From: a virus
Lineage: Duplodnaviria; Caudoviricetes
DNA: 64,000 nucleotides
IMG/VR virus record: IMGVR_UViG_3300021255_002539
Span: 320,001 to 384,000 of that record
Reading direction: 5' to 3' (one strand)
In this document: positions 42,169-49,997 of the stretch, piece after piece
How positions within the stretch are numbered: the first letter of the stretch is position 1
Layout: every line of letters begins with the position of its first letter
Position numbers and translations under genes: made by a program
Notes under the pieces: generated by a model
The model's database searches: none
What the model was told of the DNA's origin: nothing
The model's input: the letters and a program-made list of their open reading frames with translations, nothing else

Positions 42169-42924
42169 TCATTTAAGTAGAAGTGAATCATTCAGAACTA
42201 TCTTGCCATCTACAAAGTCCTTATACTGTTTCTCACCAATAAAGTAGATTCTTATTCCTGGATTGTTTTCCAAGACAAGACGCATCTTTTCCTTGTCTTT
42301 GTCTGAATAATAACCCTTTACTTCAACATACTCGTTTGTATCTGGTAAGTAGAAATCTGGATTATAGGTTTTGCGTATACCATCTTTAATGTATTTCAAT
42401 GTTTTGTTCCTAATCCAATTTATACCATTTGCTGTCAATTTGTTGGCAACATTCTCCTCCCAATGACCCCTTACAGTATATTCAACACCATCTAAATTCT
42501 TCACTTTGTACCAACCAACATCTTTGAATCCCACTTTACACGAATCAAGATATTTAGAACGAATTTCAGAAAGTTTCTCCCGCGTTTCTTTGGTATGATG
42601 GAAAGTTCTTCCTTTCTGCGAGATTTTGTTTTTCTCTGCTATTTGTCTTACTTTTGTTGATGTTTCACTGGTCAATCCCTTGTTCCATGCCATTCCCTTC
42701 TTGAATCCATGTTTCTCTTTTCTGTGGATTTGCATTTCGTTTCTTGTATGAAAAAGACCTCCACAAATTGTACACTTCCAAGTGTGTTGTTGCCTATTCA
42801 CATTAAAATTGCACACATGGTGCTTTACTTGCTTCGCAATATACGAACATCTACAATGCTTGGAGCAGAACCTTCCGCTTCCATACGAGCCATCATGCTC
42901 GTTTCCACATACTTCACATATCAT
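42169..42924 (-). CDS. Free-standing homing endonuclease (Zn fingers, NUMOD3-like, PD-(D/E)xK)
   Basis: AWNKG, HTKETREKLS, YNPDFYLP...VEVKGY; AT-rich insert. Confidence 0.8.
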   Translation of the reverse strand: MICEVCGNEHDGSYGSGRFCSKHCRCSYIAKQVKHHVCNFNVNRQQHTWKCTICGGLFHTRNEMQIHRKEKHGFKKGMAWNKGLTSETSTKVRQIAEKNKISQKGRTFHHTKETREKLSEIRSKYLDSCKVGFKDVGWYKVKNLDGVEYTVRGHWEENVANKLTANGINWIRNKTLKYIKDGIRKTYNPDFYLPDTNEYVEVKGYYSDKDKEKMRLVLENNPGIRIYFIGEKQYKDFVDGKIVLNDSLLLK

Positions 42925-43045
42925 AATCTTTTTACCTTTAGTTTAATGTCGTTGTTCTAGCAACGACATATCTATTTATAATTATACGAAAAGTTGCCTC
43001 CCAACTTGTGTTGGCTAGAACCATGACGGTTGGGAAGCGCAATGT

Positions 43046-43121
43046 TGGTAGGAGGGGTGGTAGTTGCAACCACGACCCATTGCTTATAAGACAATCGCTC
43101 TTACTGCTGAGCTACCCTCCC
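43046..43121 (-). tRNA. tRNA-Ile(UAU)
   Basis: ATTGT-CTTATAA-GCAAT; CCA. Confidence 0.8.
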
Positions 43122-43235
43122 GTTGAAATGAAAAAGTTGAAGCCCAGGAAATGGGTCAAAGACACCGGTTTTCTTCCGGAGTGAAATTCCCATCTTCGCC
43201 GTTTGGACATTTCTGCTTTACACCTCCTGGACTTC

Positions 43236-43398
43236 TGGGAGTTGCATCCAGTGCGTTCAATCACTCCGCCACTATGCTGCGGGCTGCAACAAGGAGGGAT
43301 TCAAACCCCCGGTCGAGTATCCTATATAGGAGCATGGGTGGCAGAAAGCAACCGGTGCGCGATTGCCACCACTCGACTCTGAATGCTGTTATCTCCCA
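43236..43398 (-). ncRNA. Circularly permuted tRNA-like RNA (YrlA-like topology)
   Basis: T arm precedes a loop-closed acceptor stem and then the D arm; all closed by terminal helices. Confidence 0.6.
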
Positions 43399-43414
43399 TT
43401 TAACTTGAAAAACT

Positions 43415-43489
43415 TGGAGCGAACGATGGGTGCTGCCCCCACTTGATCCAACCTGGCAGATTGGTGTACTGCTGATGTACCACGTTCGC
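43415..43489 (-). tRNA. tRNA-Gly(GCC)
   Basis: CCAAT-CTGCCAG-GTTGG; atypical T-loop GGCAGCA. Confidence 0.8.
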
Positions 43490-43747
43490 ATTGAAATGGT
43501 GTGAGATTCGAGGACTCTTACCCCCATTACCATCAACTTGGAATGCGGACTTGACGTCCTAATCCACATTCTGCTTGATGACCAAGCGGACTCACCGGCC
43601 GAATGGCATTCTACCAAGGAGCGACCTTGGCATTGAAACTTGGAGCCCCGATACAAGTACGACTTGATCCAATCCTCCATTACTGGGTGGGATTGACATT
43701 CCCCGTTATGGAATTACCGAAGCATGTTGAAATCGTCTATATGAAAT

Positions 43748-43821
43748 TGGTTGTCCCGCCTGGGTTCGGACCAGGTCTAAGGGTATCAAAAACCCCTGTG
43801 CAGCCGATACACCACGGGACA
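43748..43821 (-). tRNA. tRNA-Gln(UUG)
   Basis: Loop TTTTGAT; U1:A72. Confidence 0.8.
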
Positions 43822-44276
43822 TTTTGAAATTGGCGGTGGCGTTGGGTTCGCACCAACAGTCTCGTGGGGCTTTGGGGAATTTTTAGTACGCACGAATGCA
43901 AGGCGAGAGCCTATAGTCAACTGAGGCAGAACTTGACATTCCAACCCCAATCCAAACTCGCCAACCCCAGGGTCACCTGGCTCCCTGCATGGAAGTTGTC
44001 AAGACCTCCACGCAACTTCTGTGACACTACTTGCTCCTCGTTCCCTTGGAACATGCCCTTTGTTCTTTTGTGTTTGAACTATCCACCATTGAAAGGGTCT
44101 GCAGACTGTCTTTACATTGGAATCTCTGCAGGGAAACCAACAACCAGACCTGACTAGCAGGGTTTCGTTTCTCGTCTGGTATGCCATCTAGCATAGCGAT
44201 ACACGCAGTGGGCTACGCTGCTCCCTGGGTCTGCTTTCCTCCCAGCTCAGCCCAACACGTTCTTGGGACTTGCATA

Positions 44277-44397
44277 TGGCGTCTGTGATATCCCACAATT
44301 GACTTCAATCAGCACATCGGGATTCGGACCACGGTTTCACTCTTCGTGTATTCTACCTTTTTGAACTATTTGTGCCTAATCTTCATGTGACAGACGC
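44277..44397 (-). ncRNA. tRNA-like RNA with extended acceptor helix and rudimentary anticodon arm
   Basis: GCGTCTGT/ACAGACGC terminal stem; D arm GTTC..GGTA-GAAT; T loop TCCGAAT. Confidence 0.5.
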
Positions 44398-44688
44398 ACA
44401 TTGAAATGCTTGAAGCGGAGATTGCTTATGTTTGACCGGTGCACCGGCAAGTTCATCGTGTTTACGGACCAGGAAAGAACCAGCTGACCCCTGAATCCTA
44501 TTTGTTAAGTGTCATGACACTTAACAACCCACTGGACGCTTGTTATGTCCTCTCCGCAGAATCTATCCAGGGGAAATCCACTTGTGGCATGCGATATATT
44601 TGGCGCAGGTGCCGTCGGCGCATATACTTTGTTTGCCGCACATATTCCCATATGAACCAATTGATCCACATGTGCCATAAGGGGAAAG

Positions 44689-44778
44689 TGGTGTGGAACG
44701 CCGGATTCGGACCGGCAATGTCCCGTTGGGGACGCAGGATTAGGAATCCTGTCGAGTGTCCAATTGTCGCAGTCCCAC
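44689..44778 (-). tRNA. tRNA-Arg(CCU) with long variable arm
   Basis: CAGGA-TTCCTAA-TCCTG; V arm GTCCC-CAAC-GGGAC. Confidence 0.75.
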
Positions 44779-44915
44779 ATGTTGAAATTGGTGGCTGTCT
44801 TGCGGGTATCAACCCCGCTGTCTCCCCAACGGGCGATGCATCAACCCATCTTGTCAGGGAACCCGTTTTACGCACAGGCCAGGACCAAATACCTGAGTAT
44901 CAAGCCATTGAAATC

Positions 44916-44990
44916 TGGCGGGGTAACGGGTAGTCGAAACCCGATAGTCTGCTCGACAGGCAGATGAACTAGCCGTTGTTCTATTACCCC
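44916..44990 (-). tRNA. tRNA-Asp(GUC)
   Basis: TCTGC-CTGTCGA-GCAGA. Confidence 0.85.
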
Positions 44991-45155
44991 GAAATGGTGT
45001 GGTCTACCGAGATTGATTTCTCAATCTCGGCTTCATGCTTCATCGTCCCAACCGTGCTTGGTTTTCGCTAATCTATTATTGGTCGGAACTCCACATGCAT
45101 GTCGTTCGCAACGCGAACGATCCCTGCGACCCACAGGTACTGAAACCAAATCGTC

Positions 45156-45242
45156 CAATTGTCAAAGAACAACCTTTGTCTAATGCGCAAGCATTATTCA
45201 AAGAGCATATCCAATTATACAACACATCCAGTCAAATGTAAA
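45156..45242 (-). promoter_or_regulatory. Internal array promoter plus boxA-like element
   Basis: TTTACA-N17-TATAAT, then GTTCTTTGACAATTG. Confidence 0.65.
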
Positions 45243-45291
45243 GTGGTTTCCGATGTTGGATTTGAACCAACGACTCCAATCGGAATCAAAC

Positions 45292-45367
45292 TGGTAGATG
45301 TGGAGAGAATCGAACTCCCGACGCATACCATGTGAAGGTATCGCTCTAGCCACTGAGCTACACATCC
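45292..45367 (-). tRNA. tRNA-Val(CAC)
   Basis: ATACC-TTCACAT-GGTAT. Confidence 0.9.
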
Positions 45368-45376
45368 ATTTGAAAC

Positions 45377-45455
45377 TGGGTCGCCGTGCAGAATTCGAAT
45401 CTGCGATTTCCTCGTTCACAGCGAGGCGTCTTAACCAGGCTCGACTAACGGCAAC
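45377..45455 (-). tRNA. tRNA-His(GUG)
   Basis: CCTCG-CTGTGAA-CGAGG; G-1:C73. Confidence 0.9.
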
Positions 45456-45462
45456 ATCTAAA

Positions 45463-45555
45463 TGGCGGATGAGGCGCGTCCCGGCCGCGCATGCCCGATT
45501 TCTCGGAGCCATTCGCTTTCCAAGCGAAGCTGTTTGCCAATTCCAGCACTCATCC
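45463..45555 (-). tRNA. tRNA-Ser(GGA)
   Basis: TTCGC-TTGGAAA-GCGAA; long V arm. Confidence 0.8.
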
Positions 45556-45563
45556 ATAAACTG

Positions 45564-45655
45564 CGGAGCAAGCAGGCTCTGCCCCTGCGGGGGACATTTC
45601 TGCCCCACGACGGATTAGCAATCCGCGCCCTTATGACTGACTTGGGTATTGCTCC
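45564..45655 (-). tRNA. tRNA-Ser(GCU), CCA not encoded
   Basis: GCGGA-TTGCTAA-TCCGT. Confidence 0.8.
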
Positions 45656-45666
45656 ATGTTGAAATC

Positions 45667-45750
45667 CGGATGCGGAGCGACTCGAACGCCCAATCCCGTG
45701 AAGGACACCTGAGTTCAAATCAGGCCGACTACCAATTATCACACGCATCC
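45667..45750 (-). tRNA. tRNA-Ser(UGA), CCA not encoded
   Basis: CCTGA-TTTGAAC-TCAGG. Confidence 0.8.
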
Positions 45751-45765
45751 ATAAATTGAAATCTG

Positions 45766-45851
45766 CAGATGGAGCTGGAATTGCACCAACATGTGACTTT
45801 CGCCACCCCGACTTTCGAGGTCGGACCTTTACTGTTTAGGAGAATCCATCC
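45766..45851 (-). tRNA. tRNA-Ser(CGA), CCA not encoded
   Basis: CCGAC-CTCGAAA-GTCGG. Confidence 0.75.
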
Positions 45852-46496
45852 ATCTTGTGAAATTGAAAAGGATATGGCGTTCCTGTTTCGCAAGATTATG
45901 AACCTTGGACGACATGGACTCAAAGAACTACTCCTGGTGGCTGGCAACATCTTCCGGAAGTTTTATGTGCTTGGCTGTTTCAGCACCTCCAGTTGGCAGA
46001 TATTTCGTTCTTAAGGCAAGCCATCTTGCCTTGGTATTTTTCTTTCCTCACGAAAGAAAAACAACCAACAAAAAGAAATCATCTATTAAATCAAAAGAAC
46101 CATCCGATTGGGAGTTGCTTCACCTTGCGGTTCATCAACCATCGCAGGACTTCCCACGACTTTTCAATATATCCCATTTATCTGCATCCAAATGCCAGCA
46201 ATTGCCATCTTGTTGAGAGTTATCACCTTCGTATGTTCTAGTTTATCAGAACACACCTCTCGGTGGTTGCCGTGGTGAACATTGCATTTGGGTAGCCTTT
46301 CTTTCGGGTATGCACTCAATGGAAGGACTTGAACACTTCATGGTAATGGGCTTTTGCTCATCTACATTAAGATGAACATCGCCAGCCAACCTACCATCAT
46401 GGCGAATGACCGAACGAGTTGCCACTACTCTCGTCACTGAGCTGCCGTTGAAGCATTAAGCATACTGGGTTTAACTCCCCATCTGGTTCATTTAAA

Positions 46497-46574
46497 TGGC
46501 ACCTCTGGTCGGACTTGCACCGGCAAATATCCTGGATGAAAACCAGGTGACTCTACTAATTTGTCTACAGAGGC
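46497..46574 (-). tRNA. tRNA-Glu(UUC)
   Basis: CCTGG-TTTTCAT-CCAGG. Confidence 0.85.
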
Positions 46575-46581
46575 ATTGAAA

Positions 46582-46657
46582 TGGCAGTCTTAATGTGATT
46601 TGAACACATGTTTCGGGAGTGAGGTTCCCGCGTCCTAACCAACTAGACGATAAGACC
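46582..46657 (-). tRNA. tRNA-Glu(CUC), C33
   Basis: CGGGA-ACCTCAC-TCCCG. Confidence 0.8.
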
Positions 46658-46781
46658 ATTCATTTGGCAATATTCAACCAATGTTCCAAGGGGGAATCGG
46701 ACCCGTTGTTGCCTATCGTCATACTTCTCACCAGAGTAGGAACATCGGTCATGGAATTGCCCAACCATCTTGCAAGTCATT

Positions 46782-46858
46782 TGGAGAGCAAGGTGGGAAT
46801 CGAACCCACATTTGCGGATTTGCAGTCCGCCGCCAAGACCACTATTGGCAACTCGCCC
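46782..46858 (-). tRNA. tRNA-Cys(GCA)
   Basis: GCGGA-CTGCAAA-TCCGC; U73. Confidence 0.9.
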
Positions 46859-46939
46859 ATAAAAATGTGGAAGGTGGGTCTGGTTACCCACAACTTGTTC
46901 CTGGACAGGATTGTTTTTGCTGAAGACTACTTCCACAAA

Positions 46940-47013
46940 TGGCAAGGGCGATGCGAATCGAACACATGTCTTCAGTTTTGGAGACTGAGATACTACCACT
47001 GTATGACGCCCTT
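46940..47013 (-). tRNA. tRNA-Trp(CCA)
   Basis: TCAGT-CTCCAAA-ACTGA; A1:U72, G73. Confidence 0.9.
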
Positions 47014-47021
47014 ATTGAAAC

Positions 47022-47101
47022 TGGTAGGACTGGCGAGACTCGAACTCGCAAATCTCTTCGTTCGTAGCGAAGTGCAGTAGATCCGATTTTGCTACAGTCC
47101 C
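47022..47101 (-). tRNA. tRNA-Arg(ACG)
   Basis: CTTCG-CTACGAA-CGAAG. Confidence 0.9.
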
Positions 47102-47109
47102 ATTGAAAT

Positions 47110-47183
47110 TGGTTGGGGATGATGGTATTGCGCCACCTCTAAGAGGTTCAGAGCCTCCTGTACCACTTTTATACGAATCCCCA
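47110..47183 (-). tRNA. tRNA-Gln(CUG)
   Basis: GGAGG-CTCTGAA-CCTCT; U1:A72. Confidence 0.85.
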
Positions 47184-47193
47184 ATTGAAATCC

Positions 47194-47379
47194 TCAAACT
47201 TCCTCGCAGAAGTGCTTGCTTATCCTGAAACCCACTCCCTTGAGTTGATACACAGGCTTGCCATCGTTTCCAGTGCATTCGCCAATCACCTTGAAAGTCT
47301 CCCCTTGGTGTTCCCTAATCCACCTCTTGAAGTCCTCTGATTGCCAGGACGCGCTTGATTCAACTACCTTTACGAACAT
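47194..47379 (-). CDS. Small hypothetical protein inside the RNA array
   Basis: AAGGAGG SD; 61 aa. Confidence 0.65.
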   Translation of the reverse strand: MFVKVVESSASWQSEDFKRWIREHQGETFKVIGECTGNDGKPVYQLKGVGFRISKHFCEEV

Positions 47380-47605
47380 GTCTTTCCTCCTTGTTCTTCT
47401 TGATGAAATGGTGGCAACATCCGATTCTCACGGAACCTGCGACCACCAATGTCGCTGCGCTCATATGACCACCCTATCTAGAGTCAGATGGTCAAGTCCC
47501 TGTTTCTGGTGGAAGGCGAATTCAATTCCCTTCATACCCTTTGGGATTATACTATATTGCCTAAATTGGTGGACTAGTGCCGCACAAGGCGACATTGACC
47601 ATAAA

Positions 47606-47680
47606 TGGTGGACCGGCGGGGTAACGCTCCCCGACTCTTTCGTTGCGAACGAAAAGTGCTGCTTCTATCACTATCGGCCC
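47606..47680 (-). tRNA. tRNA-Ala(CGC)
   Basis: TTTCG-TTCGCAA-CGAAA; G3:U70. Confidence 0.8.
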
Positions 47681-48036
47681 ATTGAAAGGGAATGTTCAAG
47701 TTATCGGGCCCAGCCCTCTGGCTTCTGCAAGGTTGGAACTTGCGAGAACTTTGCTGCGTGGGGAAACCCCCTTGGCAACCGTAGCCAGTTTGTCATTTGT
47801 TAACTATGGTGGAAAGTTCCGACTTGAATGAACTTGAACAAAAGCGCACACCTACCACATGGCTGGACTCGAACCAACACCTCCGCCCTATGACGGGCGG
47901 TGTGCCACCATTACACTACACATGATTTCGACCACTGCAAGATGGTCTTGCCCGGTGTCTGGCAAAATGTTCTCAATTATACGAAATAATCACCCTCAAA
48001 TCTGTTGGCTGCAACCATGAGTTTGGGGGTTGAAAT

Positions 48037-48369
48037 TGGTGGAGCGGAGGGGAATCGAACCCCTGTCCGAAACAGTCCTGTTGGACGCTTTCTACAACAG
48101 TTTCCTATGTCATTTAACCTCTCATCATAATAGGAATCAGATGACAGGCGAGAATCCCCATTGTAATGTTCCATCGGGTGGGGAAACCAGACCCAATGGA
48201 CATGCCAGACAATGAATTCCCTACTCAAGCCCCATCTGGCGTCAGGCTTTTTTGGTAGGCTTAAGCAGCCATTCTGTAATCGTTGCCGTTTACTTGTTTT
48301 GGAATTTACGCCTCCCGGCATGGTGCTGCGTCTTTGGGATATTGCTCCGTCGAATACCTGAACCGCCCC
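48037..48369 (-). ncRNA. ssrA: tmRNA, tag (A)GNDYRMAA*
   Basis: 5' GGGGCGG..TTCGAC; 3' GGGGTTCGATTCCCCTCCGCTCCACCA with G3:U70; tag ORF 48287-48261. Confidence 0.9.
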
Positions 48370-48379
48370 ATTGTCAAAT

Positions 48380-48455
48380 TGGTGGGAGGATGTGGGATCG
48401 AACCACAACCTTCGGATTTTCAGTCCGTAGTACACACCAAGTATACGATCCTCCC
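48380..48455 (-). tRNA. tRNA-Phe(GAA)
   Basis: Loop CTGAAAA. Confidence 0.9.
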
Positions 48456-48462
48456 GATGAAA

Positions 48463-48642
48463 TGGATGAGCGGGGTGGATTTGGACCACCAATGCCAAGG
48501 ACGAACAGTCGCACATTGAAAAGGAGCTACCTTTCTGGCAACTAGCGAAAACCCATGGGCATTGTGTTTTTTAACTCGCTTGTTATCGTCAATGGCTACC
48601 AGATTACGAATCCGGCGCGTTTGCCAATTCTGCTACCGCTCA
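48463..48642 (-). tRNA. tRNA-Thr(CGU)-like with ~105-nt variable-arm insertion
   Basis: Acceptor TGAGCGG/CCGCTCA-TCCA; CCGGA-TTCGTAA-TCTGG; T arm GGTGG-TCCAAAT-CCACC. Confidence 0.7.
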
Positions 48643-48645
48643 AAT

Positions 48646-48731
48646 TGGTTGCCAGTCAGGGTAACGCTCCCCGTGGGCTTTGAAACAAGTGATTTACAGT
48701 CACTCCTCGCTCTTTACGAGACTACCTGGCA
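48646..48731 (-). tRNA. tRNA-Tyr(GUA)
   Basis: AGTGA-CTGTAAA-TCACT. Confidence 0.8.
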
Positions 48732-48737
48732 ATAAAT

Positions 48738-48815
48738 TGGTTGGGCGAGTGGGTCACGATCCCACGACCTTCTGTGTATCAGACAGACTATCTAAACCAA
48801 CTGATATACCGCCCA
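48738..48815 (-). tRNA. tRNA-Ile(GAU)
   Basis: TCTGT-CTGATAC-ACAGA. Confidence 0.85.
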
Positions 48816-48828
48816 ATTGAAATCTTAA

Positions 48829-48902
48829 TGGTAGCGAGTGAGGTAGTCGAAACCCCATTGAAGGATTATGATTCCCCTGTTCTGCCGTTGAACTAACTCG
48901 CC
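48829..48902 (-). tRNA. tRNA-Met/Ile2(CAU)
   Basis: Loop ATCATAA. Confidence 0.8.
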
Positions 48903-48905
48903 ATT

Positions 48906-48983
48906 TGGAGCTGGAAGAGGGTGACGATCCCACCACCTGCGGTTTACGAAACCGCCGCTCTACCAAGCATGAGCTATTCCAGC
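48906..48983 (-). tRNA. tRNA-Thr(CGU), canonical size
   Basis: GCGGT-TTCGTAA-ACCGC. Confidence 0.85.
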
Positions 48984-48994
48984 ATTGAAATCGT

Positions 48995-49073
48995 TGGTAG
49001 GGATGATGGGATTCGAACCCATACTACGATGACCCTGAATCATCCGCCGACTGCCAAATTGGTCTAGTCTCCC
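48995..49073 (-). tRNA. tRNA-Leu(CAG) with short variable loop
   Basis: GATGA-TTCAGGG-TCATC. Confidence 0.7.
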
Positions 49074-49079
49074 ATTATC

Positions 49080-49153
49080 TCCCGATGGAGGGAGTCGAAC
49101 CCACAACCAGGGAGTTTTAAATTCCCCTGCTCTGCCAATTGGCATACATCGGG
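49080..49153 (-). tRNA. tRNA-Leu(UAA) with short variable loop, CCA not encoded
   Basis: GGGAA-TTTAAAA-CTCCC (31:39 mismatch). Confidence 0.65.
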
Positions 49154-49199
49154 TCTAACACAGACAAGGAACAATGAACAACGAACCACAACAACAAAT

Positions 49200-49283
49200 T
49201 GGTGTGCGATAAAGGACTTGAACCTTCACATCTTTCGACACAGCCACCTCAAGGCTGCGTGTCTGCCGTTCCACCAATCGCAC
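49200..49283 (-). tRNA. tRNA-Leu(GAG)
   Basis: CAGCC-TTGAGGT-GGCTG. Confidence 0.9.
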
Positions 49284-49516
49284 AATAAAGGCCGCACCTA
49301 CCTCCAAAGTGGGAGTCGAACCCACGGGCAACACGTCTGCGCCCATGCCGATATTTGGAAGTTTTGTCCCTTATGAGACGCGCCTGATGCAAGGCGCAAC
49401 ATTGAAAGCCATCTTCTGACCTTTACATACGCAGTTGGAGTTGAACCAACCTCTCCTCCCCATGAGGGGAGCAACTATCCGAGAATACGAAAGGTGTGGA
49501 CAATCAATGCTTGAAA

Positions 49517-49591
49517 TGGTAGAAGCGACAGGTGCTGCCCCTGCATATCACATCTTAAGAGGATGTTGCCTAGCTGCTCGGCCACGCTTCC
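49517..49591 (-). tRNA. tRNA-Lys(CUU)
   Basis: ACATC-CTCTTAA-GATGT; T loop GGCAGCA. Confidence 0.85.
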
Positions 49592-49646
49592 AAAAATTGC
49601 TCCCCAACCTATGTTGGCACGAACCATGAGTTCGGGAACATTGAAA

Positions 49647-49737
49647 TGGCTCGGGTGAGAGGGTTCAAACCTCCAGGGGCGCAGTTTGCGTCTCGGCTTA
49701 ACAGGCCGTGCCGTTATCAGTTACGGTTTACACCCGA
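49647..49737 (-). tRNA. tRNA-Asn(GUU) with long variable arm
   Basis: CGGC-CTGTTAA-GCCG; G73. Confidence 0.75.
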
Positions 49738-49745
49738 ATAAATCT

Positions 49746-49820
49746 TGGAGCATCGTACCAGTGCTGCCCTGGTCTACTTCAGCTTGGAGGGCTGACGGAC
49801 GGCTGATGTCCCAACGATGC
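49746..49820 (-). tRNA. tRNA-Gly(UCC), C33
   Basis: TCAGC-CCTCCAA-GCTGA. Confidence 0.8.
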
Positions 49821-49828
49821 ATTTGAAA

Positions 49829-49916
49829 TGGTCCCGAGAGTGAGACTCGAACTCACACGTCTTTATGGGACAGCGGATTTTGAGTCCGCCAAGTCTACCA
49901 GTTCCATCATCTCGGG
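49829..49916 (-). tRNA. tRNA-Leu(CAA)
   Basis: GCGGA-CTCAAAA-TCCGC. Confidence 0.9.
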
Positions 49917-49923
49917 TTGAAAT

Positions 49924-49997
49924 TGGTCGGGGTGAGTGGAGTCGAACCACCGCCGTATGAACCCAAATCATAAGTGCTACCGTTATACCACACCCCG
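49924..49997 (-). tRNA. tRNA-Pro(UGG)
   Basis: TATGA-TTTGGGT-TCATA. Confidence 0.9.

Noticed and set aside
43966-44260. RNase P RNA (GAGGAAAG present)
   Set aside because: Lacks GAGGAAAGUCC and the matching 3' P4 strand
44689-44778. Loop TTCCTAA read as a CUA anticodon
   Set aside because: The perfect 5-bp stem fixes positions 34-36 as CCT (Arg)
46240-46260. Hammerhead ribozyme core
   Set aside because: CTGATAA rather than CTGANGA, and no properly placed GAAA stem
47409-47506. CTCTAGA heptamer resembling an amber-suppressor anticodon loop
   Set aside because: Flanks do not form a proper 5-bp stem and it sits in the D-arm position of a non-canonical element; not callable as tRNA-CUA
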